From contig OX597814.1 in assembly GCA_951406725.2 (NCBI GenBank), positions 121,644,001 through 121,708,000 of the forward strand: 64,000 nt of DNA. The letters are read 5' to 3'. A program made the translations under genes and the position numbers. Below the pieces are notes generated by a model that was given only the letters and a program-made list of their open reading frames with translations, did not search any database and was not told the DNA's origin. Below, one piece after another: positions 13,756 to 27,462 of the stretch. This DNA comes from Octopus vulgaris (Eukaryota). Each line of letters opens with the position of its first letter. Position 1 is the stretch's first letter.

Positions 13756-14687
13756 TATGACACTATATATATCAACAAGCCAGGGGAGAAATGGCAGTCC
13801 ATGACCATTACACACTTTCCCACACACTATATTGTTGTTCATTGATATCTCTTCTTAAAAAATTTTCGACAATGTGAAAATACATGAGACACGCAGATTT
13901 GTGTGAACTTTTTAGATGGAGGAGGCTGGTCCTGAAGCACAAAAAGATTGACGGCAGAAGAAGTGGTATGACGACTAGCATAGCGAAAGCTTGTACGCAG
14001 ATTACTAGTTTATATGATTAAAGACAATAGTAGTATCGGTATAAGATGCAAAGTGCCAAAGCTACATTCCAGAACCAGAATTTGATATGCATTGCTGAAT
14101 GCGCTCTTGACAATCAGTCGAATAGACTTCTTGAATTGATGTTCAATGCATGTATATGAGCTGACATTTTTAGCAAAAGTACCATTCTATTGATGAGACC
14201 AATATGTTAACGAGGTTGAAGGTTAAGTGAGTGATAACAATTTCAGTTCTTATTGCAATGCTCTCCATGTTGAAATATAATTCTGATACGAACTACCTCT
14301 GATGGTATAGTTGTTTGTTCTTTATAATAAGCGAGAGCAAGTTAAAGAAACACGTATTTCAATTCCATAGGCATATGACCTACCTCTTCATTCTAAATAT
14401 GGAGAAATTTAGTAAGTATCTTACTAATGTAGTAAGTATCTTAATATTTTAGTTTTATTGTACTCGTTTTAAATTCAGATCAAAACGAAAGACATACAAT
14501 GTTAAACGCTGCAAAGCATTCAATCAGCTGGTCAAAAAATTTAGGAAAGCTGGTATACAAAATGCGTGTGTAAAAGTGTGTTTGTCAATAGGTATGTATG
14601 TATGTTTTCAGTGTACGTGGCTTTGATGTGTAAAACCCAGTGCGAATTTCGAATATCTGTTGTCAATATTAAACTTAATTCCTTTAC

Positions 14688-14737
<50 letters not shown>

Positions 14738-17194
14738 TGCGTGTATGTGTGTGTATGTATACATACATACGTACATACATATACATCTATACACATACTT
14801 ATACATATATATGTGTATATGTGCCTTTATAATATGTAATAAGCAAAATATATAAGCTTATGGAAACCATATATATGTATGTATATATGTATGATTGTAC
14901 ATGTATGTATGTGTGTGTGTATTATGTAGATAGCACTATAATCCAAGCTGTGGTCTCTTGAAGCACATTTGCATATTCCAGAACTCTAAAATTATATGCT
15001 CGTTGTATATTAATGTGAGGTGTGCAGGAGATGGGGGAAAAACTTGATATTATTTATTCATTATTAGTCAAATTACATTTGATAATAGGATAATAGGAGT
15101 TACAAAGTCCTAGTTATAGAAGAAACATGTTAAATACCTCCTATTTCAAATTCTTCAGACAGAATCAAATTCATGCATTCAAATTTAAAATATTGATAAA
15201 CGCATTGCAATATAGTTATCACCAAAGGTTATAAGATATAAAACTTTTTCTAAATCACTCAGCCGTAGGCAGAATGAATGATATGTCATCTTTTCAATTC
15301 AAATGCATGTGGTATATTCATGGTCAATATCATATGTATAAAATACACTAAAGTAAGAAGTGCCTGTATAGCTTCACTGCTTTTTTATTGTCTGATCAAC
15401 TTTTATTTTATGGAAATGTTATTATGGGGGAAATAAACTCGTAAGGAAGCTGATAGATATTTCACATGCAATATCGATACACGTAACTACAAGAATGCAA
15501 CGACAATAGTTTGTCCACAATTGCAAAATATCGCAATAGTAAATATCACAATCTTTTCAAGCCAATAGTTAAGAGATACTTCGGCTCTACGACGAACTCA
15601 TTGATTTCAGTACTCATCTTTCAAACACCATACATATTTGGAGAGCGAGGAAATGATACGGCTTTATGAATGCTGTTCCGAGATACATCATTAATGAAAT
15701 ATCTTCACTCTATTTGTAACAATTCTAAAATGAATTTCATATGAGTAAACATGGATATTATGATTTCATATAATTATATTTGTGTTACTAGGATGTTTAA
15801 ACTTTTGTCGTTGTTTAGCCCTAAAATATTTTATTAGGTCGATGTACAAAGTGTCTCCAGACATAACACGTCTAAGATTACATACCCATTGTGTTCCCCC
15901 TTTTCAAGACGATAGAGCGTAAATGGAGAAGAGTTACTTGCTATTTGTAGCAGGTTTCACGTCTGAAGAGAGACTTCTTATAACATGTCAAAAACAGCAA
16001 TTAGCATGTGCGTCTTGATAATAAAAATCAGTCCAGTTTTCTAGCATCAGGCAAAATCAAACTAATTATAATTCAGAAGACCTGAATTAATCTAAGAATT
16101 CCTAGCTATTACCTAAATATCAGAAATTATGTTGCTCTCGGTTGCTTCTATATATTCATATATATTGCATAGTACATGAATATATTGCATAGTACATGAT
16201 ATATACTTGTTACACATAGAAGATACTAAATATAAAGTTTAAAAAGTTAACTCAGCAAGTTTATGGCATTATTTGGTGATCAACTTTGCAAGAGTATATT
16301 TTGGCTTTATCTGCGACCAGACATTTGGGTGAGGGCTGGAGAGGAAAAATACACCCGCGATGAGCTGATATTGTACACCAACGGGTAGGTAACTATCCTC
16401 TACGCCTCCTGCATAAAACTGACCAGTATTCGCTTGTCAAGATAATAACCAGAGGTTGTTCATCAACTTGATACTACAAGGAGGAGAGTTTATTTAATAT
16501 TCCTCTTTAGTTTGATTTATTTGATCGATAATTCATCTCGCTTATATTGATTTTACTTGTCTACTTGTTTGTTATTGAGATTATATATAGATATACTAAG
16601 TTGGTGAGGTTGCGAATGTAAACGGAAATCAGAACCATATCCACAGGCCATCACCCTCCTTGTGCCAATCTGTATTTTGTGGAAAGAAATCTATGCTTAG
16701 CCTGAAGAGTTAAAATTGGAATTTTCATCAATTCATAATAAAATAGTTCAATGAATGTCTTCAATTAAATATATAATTATCTCAGTTATTTTCTTTATTT
16801 AAAAATTAATTGGGTAAATTTAAACATGTCTGGTTACTCTAAGCAAAACAGTAGGCTAATCAACTTCCATTACATGATATTAAAAGTGAAGCATTAATAA
16901 AAAGAGTATACTTGTGTGTATGTGTATATATGTACGCTTGTATTGTGTTTTTGTTTATATATATATACATACTCATATTAAAACATATATTCTAATACAA
17001 TCCATATCTATATCACATATTTGTTACATATACACATACAATAAATACTTTATGTATTTTATATACAAATATATATAAAGCATCAATGTTTCTATGTATA
17101 TGTATACTCACACATTTGAGTTAATGTATACAGATAAATAGATAGATAGACAGACAGAGAAACAAAGAGACAGACAGACGGACGGATAGACAGA

Positions 17195-17305
<111 letters not shown>

Positions 17306-17344
17306 TCACAAACACACAAATATACAAGGACATCTATAAGTATC

Positions 17345-18150
17345 AGGCGAAAAATTTGCGCACTCCCATCTACTGCTATCCCAATTTCATATGTAATTCA
17401 CTCTTGATCTATCTGATACAGCTAGGTGGATAACGGAAACTATATTCTTGGTATGCCACTCCATATGTCACCAATAACAAAAATTCAGTTCCTCCAGTCT
17501 CCACGAATTTTAGCTATAGATATGTTGAAGCACTTCAGTCTAAACGCAAAACGTACAACGACTGACGAAACTCAACTTCCAAAAGTTGAGTAGGGTTAAG
17601 CAATAACACAAGTTATATTACTTCCAAATTATAGCCGATCCTTTTGATACCTTGCCAAAAGAGTTTCTATCCAAATACCTTAACCCTTCCACTTCACAAC
17701 ACCGACGGATATGTGAACTCTAACTTTGTGAAAGCCTCCGTTTTTGCTGTTTGGTGCATAACCTACTTCACACGGCACAGTAATAGAAATTATTTTCCAA
17801 TTCTGTTCTTTTCTACCATTTCTGGTCCTCCACTTAGCAGAAATACAATCATATCCGAAAGTATATTCGGTCAAATCGATAGTATCTCTTCCGTACCCTA
17901 ACACATTGCAACATATTCTGATCAGATTCTTGAATCTCTCTTTCTTTACAGGAATCTACCCTGATCTCTGAAAACATGCTACAGCATGTCCAATTCCCAA
18001 AATAAGCCTATCAACCTATCGTCGTCCTAAGTCGATGGAGACAGCCCGTAGCAATAACGTCCATCAATAACTTCAATTTCTCCTTAAATTCATTACTTGT
18101 AGACCACTCTTCTCCGTCAATCACAAGTTGACCGGTTTTTTCCTTGGAAG
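17345..18150 (+). mobile_element. Highly decayed CR1/jockey-like LINE fragment
   Basis: Residual motif (W)KHATACPIPK...STYR near 17970-18040 resembles the WKxAxVxPIPK..NYRPI motif at the start of LINE RT. Boundaries are approximate. Confidence 0.4.
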
Positions 18151-18282
18151 AATTTGGTGATAGCGATAATCTACTTACTCAAGTCACTAGCAAAACTTTC
18201 AACCACACCAGATATGCGAAACTTCTGTTTATACTTGTTTATGGGCTCCACTATAATCTCTGTATCGGTAACTTTCTTATTT

Positions 18283-18685
18283 ATTTATTGCTCACAAGGG
18301 GCTAAACATAGAGGAGACAAACAAGGACAGACAAAGGGATTAAGTCGATTACATCGACCTCAGTGAGTAACTGGTACTTAATTTATCGACCCAGAAAGGA
18401 TGAAAGGCAAATTCGACCTCTGCTGAATCCGAACTCAGAACGTAACGGCAGACGAAATACCTATTTCTTTACTACCCACAAGGGGCTAAACACAGAGAGG
18501 ACAAACAAGGACAGACAAACGGATTAAGTCGATTATATCGACCCCAGTGCGTAACTGGTACTTATTTAATCGACTCCGGAAGGATGAAAGGCAAAGTCGA
18601 CCTCGGCGGAATTTGAACTCAGAACGTAACGGCAGACGAAATACCCCTAAGCATTTCATCCGGCGTACTAACATTTCTGCCAGAC
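18283..18685 (-). mobile_element. SINE family B, two-module copy
   Basis: Two tandem ~190 bp modules, reverse complement of 43144-43537. Confidence 0.85.
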
Positions 18686-19363
18686 ACCCGAATATGCTGA
18701 GGTAGCTCTTTGTCTCTTTTTCTATCCAATCTGTGAGATCACCAATGGGAATGGGAATCGATCACCGCATCAGTTTTAAACCTTAACGCCGTTCTAACCA
18801 CTACACCTTAAGTGTATGTGTGAGAGAGTTTTTTTTGCATATAATCAGGATATACGTTATTTTCATTATTACTACAATATTCACTATAACATTGTCCCTC
18901 AAGTAATATTTCGTAATCCTACTGCGCGTATGGCTTCTTACATTTGGATTACGAAATTACAAAACATTTCCCGAGGAAAAATCGTATGGAGAATCTACAA
19001 GAATAAAATAAAAAAATAATATCCAGCTAATATGCAAATACGTTTTTGTAATTTCCATTTTAGCGCTAAGTTCTCCTTTGGTCCAGATTTAAAAAAAAAA
19101 AATTAAGATTTTTCCTGGTGATTTGGCTTCATCTGCCTGCTAGGTGTTTAGTCTTATATTCTGGTTATTTATATACGCTTTTTCGAGACATCTCATGAGC
19201 GGAGTATAATCAGAACCGTGGTTTGCCCTGGAGTGATATTGGGAGTAATGAAACATTTAATTGATAAGTATAAATTATTACGAATGCAATATATGGGTAA
19301 ATGAAAAAGAAATTGAGTAGGCTAAAAATATTATTAAGAGATGATGGAATGTATGAGCGGAAT

Positions 19364-20125
19364 AGAAGAAAGAGAAGAAGAAGAAGAAGAAGAAGAAGAA
19401 GAAGAAGAAGAAGAAGAAGAAGAAGAAGAAGAAGAAGAAGAAGAAGAAGAAGGAGAGGTAGAAGAAGAAGAAGAAGAAGAAGAAGAAGAAGAAGAAGAAG
19501 AAAAAAGAAGAAAAAAGAAGAAGAAGAAGAAGAAGAAGGAGAGGTAGAAGAAGAAGAAGAAGAAGAAGAAGAAGAAGAAGAAAAAAGAAGAAGAAGAAGA
19601 AGAAGAAGAAAAAAGAAGAAGAAGAAGAAGAAGAAGGAAAAAGAAGAAGAAGACGTCGAAGAAGAAGAAGAAGATAGAAGAAGAAAGAAGAAGAAAAAAG
19701 AAGAAGAAGAAGAAGAAGAAGAAGAAAAAAGAAGAAGAAGAAGAAGAAAAAGAAGAAGAAGAAGAAGAAGAAGTAGAAGAAGAAGAAGAAGAAGAAGAAG
19801 AAGAAGAAGAAGAAAGAAGAAGAAAAAGAAGAAGAAGAAGAAGAAGAAGAAGAAGAAAAAGAAGAAGAAGAAAAAGAAGAAGAAGAAGAAGAAGAAGAAG
19901 AAGAAGAAGAAGAAGAAGAAGAAAGAAGAAGAAGAAGAAGAAGAAGAAGAAGAAGAAGAAGAAGAAGGAGGAGGAGAGGTAGAAGAAGAAGAAGAAGAAG
20001 AAAAAAGAAGAAGAAAAAAGAAGAAGAAGAAGAAGAAGAAGAAAAAAGAAGAAGAAGAAGAAGAAGAAGAAGAAGAAGAAGAAGAAGAAGAAGAAGAAAA
20101 GAAGAAGAAGAAGAAGAAGAAGAAG

Positions 20126-20157
<32 letters not shown>

Positions 20158-20249
20158 GAAGAAGAAGAAGAAGAAGAAGAAGAAGAAGAAAGAAGAAGAA
20201 GAAGAAGAAGAAGAAGAAGAAGAAGAAGAAGAAGAAGAAGAAGAAGAAG
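19364..20249 (+). repeat. (GAA)n polypurine tract, ~885 bp, with A-run and GGAGAGGTA interruptions
   Basis: Read directly. Confidence 0.98.
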
Positions 20250-20875
20250 GGGGCAACAAGAACAACAGCAAAGACAAAAACAGCAGCAACAAACACAAAC
20301 AAGAAATTGAGCGGTGGAGAGATGCAAGATGTTAGTGGGTAGCTGGACCAACCAAGAACAAGATTCCTATGTATTGTTTTTAAAAGGATAAATTCAGTGA
20401 CAACAGATTTTGTATGAGTTTGTTTTGACCAAAGTCAGTCATGCATGAAGTTAAACAAAGCCGACGGTCACGGTTAAAGAATATCTACCCAATTCGGGAG
20501 CAAATATTTTGCAGTTTCGGTTTAGGTTTTTTATACACGTTAAAAACTGAAACGGGCCACATACATTTTACATCAATCTATCCACGTAAACAGATGTGTG
20601 TGTGTATGAATATGTGTGTGTGTGTGTGTGAGAGTGTGTGTATGTATGTGTGTGTGTGTAGGAAAAATATATGTTAAAAAACATACTGTGAATAGTTAAA
20701 ATATTGTTTTTACTATTCTCAGTGCATTTTCAACTTATATTTTTCCTGTGTCTCTAGCCGGCTGGAATGAAATAACTTTATTTTCGCACGCATGCACACA
20801 CAGACACACACATACACACACATACACACACATACACAAACACATATACATACATAAACACATATATATACATAT

Positions 20876-21055
20876 GGTTGAAATTTACAGAAAGAAAAAG
20901 ACGAAGACAGGTGTATAAACAAGGAGATGTGATAGTTTGACACTCTGGAAGGTGAGAAAGTCTTTTACGTTTCGAGCGTACACTCTTCAGCAGAAAAGAA
21001 CTCGATGAAATAAACAGAGAAAGAATTTAAAAGACTTGCAGATTTAGCGGTCAGT
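20876..21055 (-). mobile_element. Family D Penelope pseudo-LTR-like repeat
   Basis: Homologous to 5402-5590. Minus strand 20993-20966 reads CTGCTGA-A-GAGT-GTAC-GCTC-GAAACGTA. Confidence 0.7.
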
Positions 21056-21078
21056 CATATATATATATATATATAGTA

Positions 21079-21168
<90 letters not shown>

Positions 21169-23783
21169 TCTTTTTCTCTTTCAGTCATTTTATCCCACTT
21201 ATGCCGAGACATAGGTTATTTTATCTCACACATGCAGAGTCATGGGTGAGAGAATCAGAAGTCTCTCTCTCCCCTTCCCATTTCTTACTCTTTGTGTCTG
21301 TCTATCTATTTACCTGTATGTTTATCTATTTATCTATTTATCTACTCATGAATACATAAACATCTAAACCATTAACGAAAACATGGAATTTGCTGATACA
21401 GGCTCTACCCCGTTCAACAGTAAGGCCGTAGTTAAGAAATGCATATATACATTGTACCGATGTGTACCGAGTTTAATGAAGAATGACTACCAACCACCGA
21501 CATGCTTAATTTTAAACGAAGAACCAGGTCTAATGACAAGACTGATTGAGATAGTTGAACAACTTCATTCCAGATGCACATGGCATGGGTTACAAACATT
21601 CAACTTATCGATCGATATCAAATATCTTACATAACTTAACCAATTGCGATTCTTTAAATATTAAATAAAGTCTGAGACAGATGCATAAAAATAATTGGCA
21701 TGTTCTCACCAATTGTTCCTTTCCAATACTCCGTGAATATATAATGATTTATTTGCCGCAGTTTAAGACCTCTGAATTGACATGCTGCACATCAGCTAGC
21801 ATATACCTGTTATTTAAAAGGAAGCCTAAACTTAATCTTATCAGAAGCTGCGAAGTTTCGTTGTTAACATGTACGCACTAATTATATTGACGATTGATTT
21901 ATAACAACACAGACACGATCAGAGTTATGTAATATTCATATAAATGAGCAACAACAATGTTATTTATCACCTGATTATGGCATAGAATAATCCACGGAAG
22001 GATCTAATCTAAATGGAATACTTATACAATAGGTAATATACAATGACAATTCATTCTTGGCAATTATATTCCAACGTTTCTTGTAGATATATGAATGCAC
22101 AGAATTTAAATACTGAACTATAATGTTCTACCACAAAGTATTCTTTAATAAAATGTTTTTCTTGAAAGAAAGCACCTATGTTTTATTCTTAGTCGTTGTT
22201 TTAATCATTAGACTGCGAGCATGGTGCATGCTAGGGCACCGCCTTCAAAATTATCTTAGTTGAATAAACTGAAACCAGTACATTTATTTTTATAGCCTGG
22301 TACTTATTCTATCGCCTTTTCCGTCGAACCTCTAAGTTATAGGGCCGTAGACATATCAACACTGGTCTTTTATTGCCTAATTGTGACTACAGAACTAAAA
22401 CACTGTTAAATATATCAACAAATTAGAAAGCTATTATTCTGTGACAGAAGTGACTAGATATAAACCATATCCCACTAACTTGTCTTAGAAATATAAGGTC
22501 ATACTGAATAACTGAATAATGTAATCACACGCGCGTGCGCACACACATACACGCTCACATGTATATATGTATATATGAAATACATATGCATGTGAGTGAG
22601 CGTATTTAACTTAACACTTCCGCATGCCAGCTCAAACCATGCACATACATATGTTTATGTAGGTATGTATGTATGTAATGTATGTATGTATGTATGTATG
22701 TATGTATGTATGTATGTATGTATGTATGTATGTATGTATGTATGTATGTATGTATGTATATGCTTCCACCTTGTCATTTCAATGGTGATTTCAGGAAAAC
22801 CTGAAGCTTCTTTTCAGGAGGTTCAATGAAAGAGACATCTGAACATAAAGTGCCGGAACAAATGCCGCCAGTATTTGTCTGATGCTCTTACAAATTTCGC
22901 CCAATCGATTCGCCGTATTTTTAAACATTCACGCATATACATATTAATAGATACAAACGTATGTGTATGCTACTTCAAACAAATACCCGGATTTCCTATT
23001 CACCAATAATGCAGATCTATTCAACATATTTTGTTCTTGCTTATAGGTTTCAAATTTACATCTCTTTACCTACATTTTTACCAGGTCTGCTTCCCCATAT
23101 TTGACCCGGAGGTGAAAAACAAAGAATTCAGTGCCTGGCATATTCTTATACGTTTGTTTGTATTGATCGTCCTATTAGTATCACTTAAGGGTATGATTTG
23201 TTTTTAAAAAAATGGGGGATTTTATTGAATGTAAATAGTCTTCAAAACCTTTTATCCTGGAAAGCATTCGTGTTTTTAAATCGTTTTCTTTGACGATAAA
23301 ACCAGTTTTCGTTCTACTGTTAGCTACAGCACAGAGAAAGTAAATATTACTCTCTGCTGTTTTTTAATACCGTATCGATCACTAAATTAGCCTTTTTTGT
23401 TTTGTTTTGTTTTTTGCCTGGGCTGTTTCAATTAATCTGTCAAATATATTGCTGTCATCTTTAATTTCTACAAAACATATGAATGACATTTATTGTCAAT
23501 AATTCTCCAGTTTTGAAATAGAAAATGGAATCTATAGAAAACCTTTTTTTGTGATGTCTACTTGAAAAGAATCAAAATATAGTTAAGCAATCTCAAACAA
23601 AACAGCACCAAAGTATATTCTTATCATAAATCTCTTTTCTTCACCTTATTATTATTTTGATTTATGTATTAATAAGACAATAATTAAAACACTAAAATCA
23701 AAGGAAAATTAGCTGCACATAAAATGCATTTCAAATGTGCACTGATAGACAATAGAAGCTCCACGTACATTCATTTACAAAAA

Positions 23784-23826
<43 letters not shown>

Positions 23827-23948
23827 GGTGATGCATACAAACACGTATACATGCATATGTGTATGTATAAATAAATGAATATATACCTATATAAGGAGGT
23901 CACAGGATGTGTGACAAAGTAAGTTTTGCGTGTGTGCATATATGTGTA

Positions 23949-24056
<108 letters not shown>

Positions 24057-24096
24057 AATATATGTATATATATATGTATGTATGTATGTATATATA

Positions 24097-25030
24097 CCGG
24101 GCTTTTTCCGAAAATCCGCCCATCCATTAGATCGCCCATGGCTGTTCATTTGGATGGGCGGTTATTTGAGGTGAAAAGTTGAAACAGAGTTAGTGTTCTT
24201 GTTTGCATTCTGTTTAGACGTTCATTTGCTGTACTTGTGTAGATAAATTCAAAGGATTTTAATTCCCGATAATAGAGTGGAGAGAATATATATCAAAACG
24301 TTTTCAACGATCATACACCATTAGTGAAAAAGTTCAGTGCTATCAAACCTGTGAAAGAACAATCTGGCAATTTATCTGCTGCGTCACGAGACAGGAATTG
24401 ATAGAAAACGATTAAGAGAATGGTGCACAAAAGAAACTGAATTAATCCATATGTCAGACAAGAGGAGGCTCAGATCAAGGGATCAAGAGATTGAACTCTT
24501 CAGCGTGCAAACAATATAATTGTAAATTATCGCTGTTTACGGGAATATACTTTTGAATTGGCAAAAAGGTTTGGAATTAAAATGAACAGCTTTAGATGTT
24601 CTCATAAATGGATTTTCAATTTCATGAAACAGAATAAATTGACTGTGAGAAAGATTACACATGTTGGTCAAGCAAACAATAAAACACTTGGAGAAAAGGC
24701 ACAAATCGGCAGTGACTCTCCAGATAGCATTCCAGTGTTAACAACAGATAAGGATACTGACCAGATGTATAATATGGATGATACGCTGTATACGTTGACA
24801 TGTTGAGTTCAACAACCATACACTTTGTTGGCAATAAAAATGTAGATGCTAGCCACTGTGGTGCTACCAAAGCTCGTTTTACCGCTGTGTTGTGTGTTAA
24901 TGACGCAGGAAATGTGTTGAAAACAATGATCATCCTCAAAGGATTGAAAGACCTGCCTAAAATCAAGGTCCCAAAGAAGATTTACTTAACAGTCTCCAAC
25001 GAGGGATCAATCACATATGAACTTATGTGT
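24097..25030 (+). mobile_element. pogo/Tigger-like DNA transposon remnant (CENP-B HTH plus DDE), 3' truncated
   Basis: TA|CCGG... terminus; FRCSHKWIFNFMKQNKLTVRKITHVGQ (HTH), YNMDDT (first catalytic D), KARFTAVLCVNDAGNVLKTMIILKG; frameshifted. Confidence 0.85.
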
Positions 25031-25164
25031 GTGTATGTGTGTATGTATATATATCTATATATATATAATAACAAAGGGCAAAATTAATTAAGAAGTAATC
25101 AGTAATTTCACCAAGTAGAATTCGGCATGAAAAAGACCATTTCATGGTAAGCTTAAGTAATACT

Positions 25165-25461
25165 TTATAATTAGGGTTTAGCAAAGATTTGCTTCACCAC
25201 ATACCGAAGTTTAGAAATAGCAGTCAAAAAATCTTAGCTATTCCTTCTACTTTAAAAGGGACTCCCAGAAAAACCAAAGTACTTGAAAACAATCTACACA
25301 GACAAAGAGGAAAAATAACGAAACTCAATCCATATTTGGATTGTTTTCAAGTACTTTGGTTTCTCTAGGAGCCCCTTTTAAAGTAGAAGGAATAGCTAAG
25401 ATTTTTTGACTGCTATTTCTAAACTTCGGTATGTGGTGAAGCAAATCTTTGCTGAACCCTA

Positions 25462-25468
<7 letters not shown>
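25165..25468. repeat. Long inverted repeat (foldback), 130 bp arms, 44 nt loop
   Basis: Arms 25165-25294 and 25339-25468, with a perfect 81 bp core at 25180-25260/25373-25453. Confidence 0.95.
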
Positions 25469-25518
<50 letters not shown>

Positions 25519-26131
25519 GATGGGTAGATACATACATGCATGTGTGTGTGCATGTGTGCGCACGTGCGTGTGTGCATATGTGCGAATGCTCGTCTCTCTA
25601 TAAACAAATGAGTACGCGTGTTCGTATGAATTTGTGTCTTTGAGCACGTCGGCATATCAGAGCAGAAAATATGCTATATAATTCAATTCATTCACTTATG
25701 GACATTAAGACATGAATGCATGAACGATACACAAGTAACATTGAACATGTTCATGCTGGAAACATTATAGATGCAATAATGGAAACGATGACATACACAG
25801 TATGTGTCAGCATTAATATATATTAGATAGAAGCGTCACGTAAAACACAGATAGAAACAATGGTCTGCTCACAAAGTATCTTATATACATTCGAACTTAT
25901 AAAGAAACTATTAAGCGAAGTTTGAGACAGTATCTCTACGAAGTCTATCGAAATAAAGGATTTTTAGATTCTTTCTATGAAGCATTTATCAAAATATATC
26001 TTCAAGATCAAAAATGTTAATAGATTTCTCATAATGTATTATGCTCCGAAATTAAATCCGAGACTTCCATACATATTCATGCACACGTACATATATGCAT
26101 ATACATAGGTGTGTGTATGTGTGTGTGTGTA

Positions 26132-26212
<81 letters not shown>

Positions 26213-26555
26213 GTAATCCTTATCTCCAACTCAACTTGGACATCGTCTTGTAACACAGAATACTGCGTTATTTGCTTTGAGAGGATTTCTCATATGGACC
26301 CGTGGTGCATAAAAACACTCACATTAATAGAAGAGAACCGTCTGCTACAGCCACCGGAACTACCAGATCACCTGATTTCGTCTTCTTTTGGCTTCCTCAG
26401 TGAAAAACATCCAGTAGCGGTGAATCTTCCTTCAACGATATATAGAATATCAGTGACTATTCCAGCATTACAACTAGATGTATGACTGCTACTGGTGAGT
26501 TTAGTGCTCCACAGAATATAGTTATCTAGTCTACTACTAAGGATGTACTAGATGT

Positions 26556-26592
<37 letters not shown>

Positions 26593-27407
26593 AACAAACA
26601 TTTAGCTTTATTAGAAGCGTCGAAATGTGTATTGTACGATATATACAAGAAGATATAATTTTGAACGCAGAATTGCTGTTAGAACAGCAAAAATGCTGGG
26701 TAAATTGCCCTTACAAGGCGGAAAAATCTGCCTGTAAACAGCCATGGAAATTGTACCCACAGTCATCAAGATTCCCGTTGAGTGCTTCACCATTAAACTA
26801 AACTGCCCGGTGACAAATTCACCCGCCGATATAGACGCTAAATAGTTTATTGTAAGAGTAACTTACACAGTATTTCTACTGCGTTCGAAAAAATGTTTTC
26901 TTGCTTGTATATATGTCTGTGCATGTGGTTGTGTGTTTGTGTGTGTGGATGGTTTTGTGTGTATGATTAAAAACTATTTCGTCTATTTTGTAGAGTATAA
27001 ACTGTTTAAGCTGTTTTCATATTATTTATTTCTGAGGGTGTTGCAGTTGTGTCAAATCGGAGTAGGGAAATTTGTTAGCGTTACACTAATGGATGTCGAT
27101 TATGCAATAATAATGGCCTATTTCACCGCATTTTGATGGTGCAAAATAATGTGACATGTGGGTTGTTTATAATGTTTCGTTGTCATTCCATATAGTATGG
27201 AGTGTCTTGTTTGAATTGCCACATATTATATGGACGGTGATTACACAGAGCATATGTCGCTCTGCTTTAGTTAAAGGAGGTGGTAAAGCTCTTGTTCTGT
27301 GTCCCGATAGTGTGCTCCTTGGATTATGCTATTGAACTGAATCTATGTTGGAATATGGGTTCTATCTTGCGGCTGTTTAAATTTGTGGACCTTGGGAATC
27401 CTTTTCT

Positions 27408-27462
<55 letters not shown>

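Noticed and set aside
13956-13972. AGAAGAAGTGGTATGAC on the + strand, complementary in the pre-mRNA to the KKWWYD codons of the 7411-7516 exon (possible editing complementary sequence)
   Set aside because: Only 7+10 nt with a 3 nt gap, 6.5 kb away; compatible with chance unless conserved in other species.
14419-14455. Short tandem duplications (also near 16160-16200, 39357-39383 and 59879-59914)
   Set aside because: Ordinary 13-20 bp slippage duplications.
19210-20351. Long ORFs of 285-362 aa (poly-R/K/E/F/L/S)
   Set aside because: Translations of the GAA repeat in several frames; no protein signal.
26990-27380. Possible minus-strand Penelope-like GIY-YIG remnant (MWQFKQDTPY)
   Set aside because: Similarity is too weak to call by eye.
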